64,000 nucleotides of DNA from Nitrososphaeria archaeon (GTDB lineage Archaea > Thermoproteota > Nitrososphaeria > Conexivisphaerales > UBA164). This document shows positions 48,466-64,000 of this stretch, in pieces. The stretch is taken from NCBI GenBank assembly GCA_049967195.1, contig JBMFTE010000001.1, positions 15,734-79,733 on the forward strand, given 5' to 3'. The translations under genes and the position numbers were made by a program. The notes beneath the pieces were generated by a model. That model did no database searches. It had not been told where the DNA came from and worked only from the letters and a program-made list of their open reading frames with translations. Within the stretch, counting starts at the first letter, position 1. Each line of letters starts with the position of its first letter.

Positions 48466-48616
48466 ACTTTAAATTAAATAAAGGGCATAATAAACGTTTT
48501 TTGCTAATTTTATATACTATTTAGTTAAAAATATATTATTAATAGTTTTTTGGGGTCAAAATTTTAGGAATAAACTACAGGCTACAATAAAATATGCCTA
48601 GTTCATCCGTTAAATA

Positions 48617-49432
48617 TTAGCCATATTTCTCAGATATGGTTGCAAAATCCTCTTTTGAAAGCTTCCACCCCATGGCTCCGGCGTTCTCCTTTATATGGTC
48701 TATTTTTTCAGATTTAGGAATTGGTATTGTATCATTATATGAGAGCCAGTTCAATGCTATCTGAGTGGCTGTTTTATTATATTTTTTTCCTATTTCACTT
48801 AGAAAGCTATCCTTAGATACTAAACCTTTTTCTAAAGGCGTATATGCTATAAAAGCTAGATGTTCCCTTTTGCAATAAGGCAAAAGGCGTTTTTCTGGCT
48901 CTCTGTAAAGTAAACTGTACCTTACCTCGTCTGCCACCAGATCGCTACGCGGAATTTCCTCTCTAGCCTTTTTTAGCAATTCAATATCAAAATTGCTTAC
49001 ACCAGCGTACCTTATCTTTCCATCGTCTATCAGTTTTTGCATTGCAGAAAGGGGCTCTCTTAGTGGGACACTTTCATTTGGCCAGTGTATAAGATAAAGG
49101 TCAATATAGGACAGATTTAATCTTTTTAATGAGCTTTCAGCAGATCTTAGAACCTGATCTCGCTCCAGATGCGTGTACCATACCTTGCTTATTACAAAAA
49201 CTTTTTCTCTTTCAACCTGTTTTAGCGCTTTACCGACAAGTTCCTCTGTGTGACCTTGGGCATAAAATTCCGCCGTATCCAGCAAGCTTAGACCGTTGCT
49301 TATAGCAAACATAATGGCCTTTATCATTTCATGGTCTCTGGAACTGTCGGGGTATGTTTTGCCGCCCATTCCCCAGGTTCCTAACCCGATAGGTGATACT
49401 CTGTCATTTCCAATTAATTTAAAATAGTTCAC
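48617..49432 (-). CDS. Aldo/keto reductase
   Basis: LGTWGMGG, LLDTAEFYAQGHTEE, YLIHWP and GVSNF motifs. Confidence 0.85.
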   Translation of the reverse strand: MNYFKLIGNDRVSPIGLGTWGMGGKTYPDSSRDHEMIKAIMFAISNGLSLLDTAEFYAQGHTEELVGKALKQVEREKVFVISKVWYTHLERDQVLRSAESSLKRLNLSYIDLYLIHWPNESVPLREPLSAMQKLIDDGKIRYAGVSNFDIELLKKAREEIPRSDLVADEVRYSLLYREPEKRLLPYCKREHLAFIAYTPLEKGLVSKDSFLSEIGKKYNKTATQIALNWLSYNDTIPIPKSEKIDHIKENAGAMGWKLSKEDFATISEKYG

Positions 49433-49863
49433 AATTTAATTATTATATATTTAATTTAAAACCATAGCTGTAATTATAATTGATGTTGCATCGCAGGCCA
49501 CTAGTTTTTTGCATCATCACGCTTAAAACGCTAATGATTTATTATCGCTATGACGGTTAATCAAAATAAGCGCCTATATTGCAAGGTATGGTGTCTTTGG
49601 GCGCCACAATAATATTCTGTGCTTTGTAAGATGCCATAACGCATCAATTTAGTCGTATGAACTTTTGCAGGTAATCGGTGTTTTATAAGGAGGTAATTTC
49701 TTATTTTCTAAACAATTATTTAAATATCTGTAAAATATTACGCAATAATTATAAATTTATCATAAAAAAACAGCTTAATTTTTGTAATAAATTTAATAAA
49801 GCTATCTTAAAAAAACGTTTTTGCGATAAACTTAAAAGAGATATTGAGGTTTACTCTGCAAAA

Positions 49864-50115
49864 ATGAACGTGCAACCTCAAACCGCAACTCAGAAACGCG
49901 CATTCGAAGTTTTAGTTATAGGCGATAGATGTAAGGAATGCGGATTATGCATCGAGTTATGCCCAACCAAAATACTGGACAGGCATGATGATTATAACAG
50001 ATTTGGATACAGACCAACTTATATAAAAGATAACTCTGGCTGCATAGGCTGCAAAATATGTGAATATGCGTGCCCCGAATTTGCCATCTTTGTAAGAAAA
50101 GTTGACATAAAATGA
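49864..50115 (+). CDS. 2-oxoacid:ferredoxin oxidoreductase delta subunit (2x[4Fe-4S] ferredoxin)
   Basis: CKECGLCIELCP and CIGCKICEYACP motifs. The start is moved to the internal ATG; the track ORF begins at 49678 in AT-rich promoter-like DNA. Confidence 0.8.
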   Translation: MNVQPQTATQKRAFEVLVIGDRCKECGLCIELCPTKILDRHDDYNRFGYRPTYIKDNSGCIGCKICEYACPEFAIFVRKVDIK

Positions 50116-51245
50116 GTGACAGCAGATTAATCTTTGTGAATGGCAATGGGGCCATCGTAGAGGGCGCAATACAGGCTGGCTGCAGGTTTTATGCCGGTTA
50201 TCCAATAACACCCTCTTCAGAAATAGCTGAGGAAATGTCCAAAAGGCTTCCGCAGGTTGGCGGGATATATGTTCAGGGAGAAGACGAGCTTGCGTCAATC
50301 AATATGATAGTTGGTGCATCAATGGCAGGCGCCAAGGCCATGACAGCTACCTCTGGCCCCGGTTTCAGCTTAATGCAGGAGGGGTTGGGCCTGGCAGTAG
50401 CCACAGAGACACCGCTTGTAATCGTTGACATGATGAGAGCAGGTCCTAGCACAGGAATCGCCTCCAAAGCTTGGCAGGGTGACATAATGCAGTCGAGGTT
50501 CGGCTCACATTCAGATTATGAAATTATTTCCATTTATCCATGGAGCGTTCAAGAAGCCTTCGAGTTAACAATAGAATCGTTTAATCTTGCCGAGAAATAT
50601 ATGACACCAGTTGTCCTTTTGGGTGATGCAATTCTTGCAAGAATGCGGGAACGACTGTATATAAAACGGGAAGAAATCATTGAAAGAAAAAAACCGAGTG
50701 AACCTGCAGAAAGTTACATGCCATATAAAAGAGACCAGTCACTTGTGCCCGCCATAGCTTCTTTCGGCGAAGGGTTCTATGTGCTCAAGGATAGTCTCAC
50801 CCATAATGAAAATGGGTATTACTATGAAAAGCCAGAAGTTCAGGCAAAATATGTTAAAGGCATAACTGAAAAGATTAAAAAAAATGCGAATATAATTGAA
50901 AAATATGAAGCCGCATTTACTGAAGACGCGGAAGTGATCATAGTTGCTGCAGGGTCGATGGCTAGGGTGGTGTATGCCATGATAATTGATGCTAGAAAGA
51001 GAGGCAGAAAATGGGGGATGTTTAGGCCAGTGACTATCTGGCCGTTTCCTGAGGAACAACTTAAGAAATTTGTGAAAAGCGCAAGGTATGTAATTGTAGT
51101 TGAAATGAGCACCGGCAAGTTGGTTTATCCGGTCAAGTGGTCAATCAACGATAACGACAAAGTAAAGCTTGTTAGCTGGTTAAGCTATGAAGTGCCATCT
51201 CCAGAAGAACTTGAACTTTTGTGTGAAAAGGAGGTAAATGGTTAA
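50112..51245 (+). CDS. 2-oxoacid:ferredoxin oxidoreductase alpha subunit (four-subunit type)
   Basis: GYPITPSSEI and TSGPGFSLM motifs. 377 aa. Confidence 0.85.
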   Translation: MSDSRLIFVNGNGAIVEGAIQAGCRFYAGYPITPSSEIAEEMSKRLPQVGGIYVQGEDELASINMIVGASMAGAKAMTATSGPGFSLMQEGLGLAVATETPLVIVDMMRAGPSTGIASKAWQGDIMQSRFGSHSDYEIISIYPWSVQEAFELTIESFNLAEKYMTPVVLLGDAILARMRERLYIKREEIIERKKPSEPAESYMPYKRDQSLVPAIASFGEGFYVLKDSLTHNENGYYYEKPEVQAKYVKGITEKIKKNANIIEKYEAAFTEDAEVIIVAAGSMARVVYAMIIDARKRGRKWGMFRPVTIWPFPEEQLKKFVKSARYVIVVEMSTGKLVYPVKWSINDNDKVKLVSWLSYEVPSPEELELLCEKEVNG

Positions 51246-52081
51246 TGGAAGAAACACTCGTTCATCCTCTTGAAAGGTATTTAAGAACAGAAAAATTACC
51301 GCATATGTGGTGCCCTGGGTGTGGGATAGGGACTGTCGTTCAGGCATTTTTGAGGGCAGTGGATGAACTTAAGATAGAACAGGATAAGTTGGTGGTGGTC
51401 AGCGGAATAGGATGCACCGGAAGGATTCCGCAATATATAAAATTTGATGGTGCTCACGTGCTTCATGGAAGAGCCATACCTGTAGCGCTTGGTATAAAGC
51501 TGGCTCGCCCTGATCTAAGGGTTGTAGTATTTGGCGGTGACGGTGACCTTGCTTCTATAGGTGGTAATCATCTAATACATGCAGCAAGAAGAAATGCGGA
51601 CCTTACTGTAATAATGGTCAACAATTTTATTTACGGCCTAACTGGAGGCCAGGTGGCTCCTACTACGCCCAAAGAAGCAACAACATACACATCTCCGTAC
51701 GGGCCTGATAGTAAACCCATAGATGCAGTTAAGCTTGTTTCTGCTGCCGGCGGGACTTTTGTAGCAAGATGGTCCACAGCATATCCAGTATTGTTAAAGG
51801 AAAGCATAAAGAAGGCATTTAACCACAGAGGATTTTCCTTTGTAGAGGTCATTTCCCAGTGCCCCGAGCTGTTCGGAAGAATAAACAACTTTAAGAATCC
51901 ATATGAACTTTATCAAAAAATAAAGAAAGTAGGGGTAATAAGGAGGGGAATAAGCCCATTTGAAGCTAAATGTGACTGGACCAGCGAAATATCGTTGGGC
52001 GAATTTGTAAATTTTGATGCACCAAGCTATTATGACCAGCTAAGGGAAATTATTGAAAAGGCAAAGGGGGTTAAGAAATGA
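51245..52081 (+). CDS. 2-oxoacid:ferredoxin oxidoreductase beta subunit (TPP-binding)
   Basis: WCPGCG, GIGC and GGDGD motifs. 278 aa. Confidence 0.85.
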   Translation: MEETLVHPLERYLRTEKLPHMWCPGCGIGTVVQAFLRAVDELKIEQDKLVVVSGIGCTGRIPQYIKFDGAHVLHGRAIPVALGIKLARPDLRVVVFGGDGDLASIGGNHLIHAARRNADLTVIMVNNFIYGLTGGQVAPTTPKEATTYTSPYGPDSKPIDAVKLVSAAGGTFVARWSTAYPVLLKESIKKAFNHRGFSFVEVISQCPELFGRINNFKNPYELYQKIKKVGVIRRGISPFEAKCDWTSEISLGEFVNFDAPSYYDQLREIIEKAKGVKK

Positions 52082-52629
52082 AGCACCAGATTCTTATAGC
52101 GGGCAAGGGTGGCCAGGGTATACAAATGATGGGATACCTTTTGGGATATTCATTTGTCAAGTATCAGGGAAAGCACGTAGTGCAGACCGAGGAATATGGG
52201 GCATCTACAAGGGGAGGGGAATCATATACGGAATTGGTTGTTGGTGATCGTGAAGAAGACGTTGTGCTTTTTAAGGTTCAAAAAGCTGACACAGCGATTT
52301 TTATGTTCCAGCAGTCATGGAATTCCTTGCTTAAAAAAATACAAAGCGACACGACCGTAATATACGACGGCTCATTGGTAAAGCCAGACAGGGGGAGACT
52401 TTTTAATATAATGGCTACAGAAATATCAAGAAATGAGTTAAAAAGCCCTATTGTAGCTAACATGATAATGCTTGGCGCCATTTCGGCAGTATCCAGAATA
52501 GTAACGCTAAACGAATTAAAATCAGCAATCAATGAAGTGTTAAGCCATAAATGGGAAGAACTAAATATCAGGGCTCTGGAAACAGGCTATAATAAAGCAA
52601 ATGAATTATTGTATGCAGAGAACAAATGA
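52078..52629 (+). CDS. 2-oxoacid:ferredoxin oxidoreductase gamma subunit
   Basis: GKGGQGI N-terminal motif. 183 aa. Overlapping start. Confidence 0.8.
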   Translation: MKHQILIAGKGGQGIQMMGYLLGYSFVKYQGKHVVQTEEYGASTRGGESYTELVVGDREEDVVLFKVQKADTAIFMFQQSWNSLLKKIQSDTTVIYDGSLVKPDRGRLFNIMATEISRNELKSPIVANMIMLGAISAVSRIVTLNELKSAINEVLSHKWEELNIRALETGYNKANELLYAENK

Positions 52630-52670
52630 GCTAATATGCCAGCGTGTTTTTTTAGATAGGTTTTTATTTA

Positions 52671-55509
<2,839 letters not shown>

Positions 55510-55549
55510 CTAAACTTTTAAAGCTGGCTGGATTTACTTACACTGCTAA

Positions 55550-55644
55550 AGCCCGGTCGTCTAGGGGCCAAGGATTTCGGGCTCTGGATCGCTCCTAGAG
55601 CAAGGGGAAACCCGGCGACGGCGGTTCGAATCCGCCCCGGGCTA
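55550..55644 (+). tRNA. tRNA-Gln (anticodon CTG) with a putative 22-nt intron after position 37
   Basis: Acceptor AGCCCGG/CCGGGCT, T arm GGCGG-TTCGAAT-CCGCC, anticodon stem TCGGG...CCCGG with loop CTCTGG|intron|A. Intron ATCGCTCCTAGAGCAAGGGGAA contains hairpin GCTC-CTA-GAGC. Folded by hand. Confidence 0.7.
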
Positions 55645-55698
55645 CATTTCTAATTTTTCAGGAAAGGTTTTAACTTATATAGATACAGCATAATTAAA

Positions 55699-56442
55699 TT
55701 GTTAAGTGTAAGCGACCTTAAAGCCGGGATAAATGACAAAATAATACTTAATGGCGTTAATGTAAAGTTTGATGACGGAAAAATATATGCAATAATGGGG
55801 CCAAACGGGTCAGGTAAAAGCACACTAAGCTTCACCATCATGGGTAACCCGGCGTACAAAATACAAGACGGAAAAATCCTTTTGGATAATGAAGAAATTA
55901 CACGTTTTTCCCCGGACCAGAGAGCAAAGAGGGGAATATTTCTGGCATTTCAAAATCCAGTTGAGGTGCCTGGCGTTCCAAGTTTTTCATTTATAAAAAC
56001 TGCATACAATACCATAACTGGCCAAAACTTAAGCACATATGTTTTTAACAAGATGGTAAAACAGAAACTGTCTGAATTGGGGATAGATGATTTGCTGCTT
56101 TCAAGAAATCTAAATGAAGGCCTGTCTGGCGGTGAAAGAAAGAAGATGGAAATAATACAGATGGCCATTCTGCAGCCCAAGTTTGCCATACTTGATGAAA
56201 TTGATTCAGGGCTTGATGTCGATTCTCTGGAATTAATAGCTTCTGCGATCAATAAAATACATGCCAAAATAGGCAATACAATTATAATGGTGACTCATTA
56301 TTCAAGAATTTTAAGATACATAAAGCCAGACGTGGTTTATGTTCTTGTAAACGGCAAAATAGCTGCGGGCGGTGATTCAACGCTAGCTGATAAAATAGAT
56401 AAGGACGGATATGGATGGATAAGAGATGAAAGCAGCAGCTGA
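55699..56442 (+). CDS. sufC: Fe-S cluster assembly ATPase SufC
   Basis: GPNGSGKST, LSGGERKK and ILDEIDSGLD motifs. 247 aa. Confidence 0.85.
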   Translation: MLSVSDLKAGINDKIILNGVNVKFDDGKIYAIMGPNGSGKSTLSFTIMGNPAYKIQDGKILLDNEEITRFSPDQRAKRGIFLAFQNPVEVPGVPSFSFIKTAYNTITGQNLSTYVFNKMVKQKLSELGIDDLLLSRNLNEGLSGGERKKMEIIQMAILQPKFAILDEIDSGLDVDSLELIASAINKIHAKIGNTIIMVTHYSRILRYIKPDVVYVLVNGKIAAGGDSTLADKIDKDGYGWIRDESSS

Positions 56443-56695
56443 GTCAGTGAAATTTCTAATAAAGCAGGTCTATTATGATCCATCCAGCAAACTTTCAGAA
56501 AAACAGGCAAAACTCGCAAATAGGATTGCTCTGAAGTTCAGAATGAAGCAACCTTATGAGCTAAAACTACTTTTTTGTAAAAGGTGCAAGGCATATTCGC
56601 CACCCATGTATGATAAAACAATAAGGGTAAGGGGAGGAAAACTTGTATTTACGTGTAAAAAATGCGGTTCTGTGTACAGAATTCCATTTAAATAA
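56426..56695 (+). CDS. RNase P protein component 4 (Rpp21/Rpr2)
   Basis: CKRCKAY...RVRGGKLVFTCKKCGSVYRIP zinc-ribbon pattern preceded by a helical N-terminus. Overlaps sufC by 17 nt. Confidence 0.75.
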   Translation: MKAAAESVKFLIKQVYYDPSSKLSEKQAKLANRIALKFRMKQPYELKLLFCKRCKAYSPPMYDKTIRVRGGKLVFTCKKCGSVYRIPFK

Positions 56696-56726
56696 AATAA
56701 GGTATATTACAAAACGGCAATGAACC

Positions 56727-57344
56727 TCAAGGCTTCTTGGAAACGGTGCAGTTGCCGCCAATCAAAAACCTCCATTTTTTATCAGTAGCTTTCGAGATTC
56801 CTACCCTTGCGCTTTCGAGAATTTTTTCTCCTTTATCGAGCCAACCCTGTGATATAAATAGGCCAGTGCCAGCGGTCAGGTCATATCCATTATATGTTGC
56901 ATTTATATTTAATGACTTAGTTAGATTCCCAGGCCCACTTGAAATTTTGCATTTGTCCCCATCGTGGAATGTTTTCATAAATTGGTACCCAATTACCGGT
57001 TCGCCGCTTCTTATTAAAACAGCACCTGCTTCCTGATCCGCAGATCTTGCCACAACATTAAGGCAATAATGAACTCCATAAGACAAATACACATATGCTA
57101 GGCCCACATTTCCAAACATGATGTCGGCCCTTCCTCCTCTTCCCCTGTATGCATGGCTTGCAGGGTCCAGTAGCCCTTTGTAAGCTTCCACTTCTGTGAT
57201 TCTAACTATCATTAAGTTTTCGCCTATCTCCCTAACCAGCAGCTGGCCCAGAAGTCCTTTAGCTACATCGGCGGTTTCCCTAAGATAGAATTTTCTATCA
57301 ATAGGCTTAAATTCTGTAGAATTTCTGGGGATTTTCAATGGCAA
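56727..57344 (-). CDS. 3-methyladenine DNA glycosylase (MPG/AAG family)
   Basis: VAKGLLGQLLV...ITEVEAY...DPASHAYRG...MFG..G.AYVYLSYG.HYCLNVV. Confidence 0.85.
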   Translation of the reverse strand: MPLKIPRNSTEFKPIDRKFYLRETADVAKGLLGQLLVREIGENLMIVRITEVEAYKGLLDPASHAYRGRGGRADIMFGNVGLAYVYLSYGVHYCLNVVARSADQEAGAVLIRSGEPVIGYQFMKTFHDGDKCKISSGPGNLTKSLNINATYNGYDLTAGTGLFISQGWLDKGEKILESARVGISKATDKKWRFLIGGNCTVSKKP

Positions 57345-58104
57345 TCTTTCTGGGAATATCTTTTAACCCACTGCGTTCTAATTTGTTCAAAAGCAGGGCA
57401 GGCCAGCCAGGCTGGCTCGACTCGGTGCTCGAATCAGAATTTATCAAAACCCTCTCAAAATCAAGTTTCTGAACAAGCTCAAAAGCTTCATTTACGGACA
57501 ACTTTCCTGGTTGTACTGACAATCCAAAATAGGTCTTTAGCCCGTGAACCATATCGTAAACATCAGAATTTAGATGGTCTATAGCAACCATTTCTAGGGG
57601 AAAAGACACCGATTCGATCGCATTTAATATTTTTTTAAGAACAATTTTTTTGTCAACTTTTGGCGTATGAATAATGACAGGCTTATCAGCGAGCATGGCC
57701 AGCCGTAATTGTCTTTCAAGCACATAAATTTCTGTATCGTCACCGTTTTCCAACCCGACCTCTCCTAGTGCCTTTACATCGTCCATTTGTAGCCATGTTT
57801 CAACATTAGCTAATGATTGCTCTAATTCTGCAGTGGGTATACATCTAGGGTGTATGCCTATTGCAGGGATCACCTTGAGACTGATTTTACTTAACCGTTC
57901 CTTTTCTCGGTTTACTACCCAAGTATACAGGTCAATTAAAGTTGAAGAAGATGTAGGCCTTACGGGTATCCAGCTGGCTTCTACAACCCCCGATAACCCT
58001 CCCTGATGCAGCTCATCCAATATTGAAAGCGAAGTCAGATAATGATGTGAATGAGAATCTATCCATCGCATAAATGGCTGTATTATATGTTTAAATTTAA
58101 ACAT
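57307..58104 (-). CDS. TatD-like metal-dependent hydrolase
   Basis: IDSHSH N-terminal metal motif, GEVGL and IIHTP motifs. 265 aa. Confidence 0.6.
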   Translation of the reverse strand: MFKFKHIIQPFMRWIDSHSHHYLTSLSILDELHQGGLSGVVEASWIPVRPTSSSTLIDLYTWVVNREKERLSKISLKVIPAIGIHPRCIPTAELEQSLANVETWLQMDDVKALGEVGLENGDDTEIYVLERQLRLAMLADKPVIIHTPKVDKKIVLKKILNAIESVSFPLEMVAIDHLNSDVYDMVHGLKTYFGLSVQPGKLSVNEAFELVQKLDFERVLINSDSSTESSQPGWPALLLNKLERSGLKDIPRKIAIENPQKFYRI

Positions 58105-58876
58105 TGTTACAAACTTCGTGCGTCCACATACTTTCCAAGTTAAACTACAGAAGAGTATGCGCTTAGAGTAATAACTCGCGGTTTCCCACTTCCTCCGCTC
58201 GTCGGCGGTAGATAACTGGCTACGCTTTCAGCCATTTCCCCTTGTGCCAGCTGTTTAATACCAGTTATTGTGATATATTGACATGTAAGCTCACGTTACT
58301 TATTCCCTCTGACTCTGCTTGAGACAGCCTGTTCTTCATAACCACGCTATATGTTGTGTTGAAAGCTAAACCATTAATTATTCAGTATACTCCTCAGTTA
58401 CACGACCTCGCATTTATGCTTTGTAAGCTATAACCTGCTTTGAGGACGATAGTGGCCTCTTGACAGGCCTTTCCTAGTTACTTTAACTGATATACGGTGA
58501 CGGTGCGCCTGTGTTGACTCCTAAGACCCTTGCCTCAGATATGTGCTGCACAGTTACTATATCCTTATTGCACAACTTCCCGCCAACCTTCTGCTGTTTA
58601 TCCAGCATATCTAATTATCTGTAAGTTATGCCGAGGGTCTACGATATAATATTTTTAGAATATGACACGTCTCATGTAATGGGTAAAAATTAATAAAGGG
58701 GGATATTGCAGATTTATAACGCGCATAAACGGGCATCATTGCAGAGATGGGTATATTCTTGCCCTGACTGTGATGCAGTGATCTCCAAGTGCGCGTACAA
58801 TAATGAAGATCCAACATATACATGTTGGAACTGATGCTGGTCACAGAAGGTAAATAGAGTTTAGGCCGGTAGTGCG

Positions 58877-60374
<1,498 letters not shown>

Positions 60375-60530
60375 ATGTACATTGCCGACCTAAACTTTTA
60401 CTAAGTTCTGTGACCAGATATAAAATATGCAATCTGCAATTAAATTTGCAGATGAAGAGTGAAGTGGATTTACTATCCGCGATGATACTGTACATAGGGA
60501 TGACGAAAGTTGATCATATCTGAGAAACGA

Positions 60531-63567
<3,037 letters not shown>

Positions 63568-63611
63568 CGTTTCTCGGATGTGGTCAGCCGTCAATATCCC
63601 TATGTACAGTG

Positions 63612-63686
63612 GGGCTGGTGGTGTAGCCTGGTTAGCACATCGCCCTTACACGGCGAAGATCCCAGGTTCAAATCCTGGCCAGCCCA
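63612..63686 (+). tRNA. tRNA-Val (anticodon TAC)
   Basis: Acceptor GGGCTGG/CCAGCCC, anticodon arm TCGCC-CTTACAC-GGCGA, T arm CCAGG-TTCAAAT-CCTGG. Starts 2 nt after the 23S processing stem. Confidence 0.9.
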
Positions 63687-63725
63687 TTAATTTATTGAAT
63701 GTAAAAAAATAAAATGTAAAAACAA

Positions 63726-64000
63726 CTATTTATTATTAATGAATCCACTTTTAACTAATTTTTTCATGTCTAGCATTGAATCAATTTCCTTATCGTTATA
63801 TCCTAATTCTTTTAGCGCGTCTCTTATTGATAATCCCTTTGCAAGCTGTTTGCCTATCTTTGAAGCTTTATCATAGCCTATATATGGCGAAATTATCGTT
63901 ATAAGGGAAGGGCTGCTTTCAGCAAGTCTCTTGGCCCTTTCCGTATTAGGAATAATATTGTCTATTACAATTCTGGCCATTTTCGTAAGCGATTCACTGA
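63726..64000 (-). CDS. Class II fumarase/aspartase-family lyase, C-terminal part (gene runs off the window)
   Basis: [41 protein letters not shown] matches the conserved C-terminal domain of FumC/AspA-type lyases. The open frame continues to the window edge. Confidence 0.7.
   Translation of the reverse strand, partial: SESLTKMARIVIDNIIPNTERAKRLAESSPSLITIISPYIGYDKASKIGKQLAKGLSIRDALKELGYNDKEIDSMLDMKKLVKSGFINNK

Noticed and set aside
52053-52247. 64-aa plus-strand ORF overlapping the OFOR beta/gamma junction.
   Set aside because: It is an alternative frame of two well-supported subunit genes and is Gly/Arg-rich with no motif.
58706-58834. Short plus-strand frame ending WVYSCPDCDAVISKCAYNNEDPTYTCWN*, which looks like a zinc ribbon.
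   Set aside because: It has no ATG start, lies in the rRNA leader next to the processing stem, and is very short. I cannot support it as a gene.

Overview
This is an archaeal chromosomal window. It is AT-rich by eye, but its rRNA and tRNA genes are GC-rich. Coding density is high and most genes are housekeeping.

Main content, in order:
- kdpAB, with an upstream membrane-anchored wHTH gene.
- A replication island: orc1/cdc6, an origin with ORB boxes and an AT-repeat unwinding element, then gins-mcm.
- Ribosomal and transcription genes: S26e, L21e, RpoF, L40e, S19e, L39e, L31e, an Elf1-like protein, a TFE-beta/RPC34-like protein and Rpp21.
- Isoprenoid-lipid genes: GGGP synthase, a polyprenyl synthase and a Tes-like radical SAM enzyme.
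- A Mo-hydroxylase (CoxSML/Cut-type) operon that also carries MocA-like and MoaD/ThiS-like genes.
- Glutamate dehydrogenase, EF-1alpha and ADP-forming acetyl-CoA synthetase.
- Two tandem 2-oxoacid:ferredoxin oxidoreductases.
- A 16S-23S operon followed by tRNA-Val, with the 5S gene unlinked about 40 kb away.

The accessory part lies at about 27-39.6 kb:
- A decayed IS5-family element. A solo end of the same element sits beside the 5S gene.
- Three internally deleted tnpB (IS200/IS605-type) relics of about 0.6 kb, all on the + strand. Two of them keep a 183-nt 3' module with only 2 mismatches.
- Those two relics bracket a cell-division-type cassette: a divergent TrmB-like regulator, two ESCRT-III paralogs, Vps4/CdvC and a small 4-Cys protein. 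No CdvA is present.
- The second and third relics bracket an orphan radical-SAM/SPASM gene.

A SepF-like gene elsewhere in the window suggests that FtsZ-type and ESCRT-type machineries coexist. All calls rest on reading the sequence and translations and on motif recognition. No database search was run.
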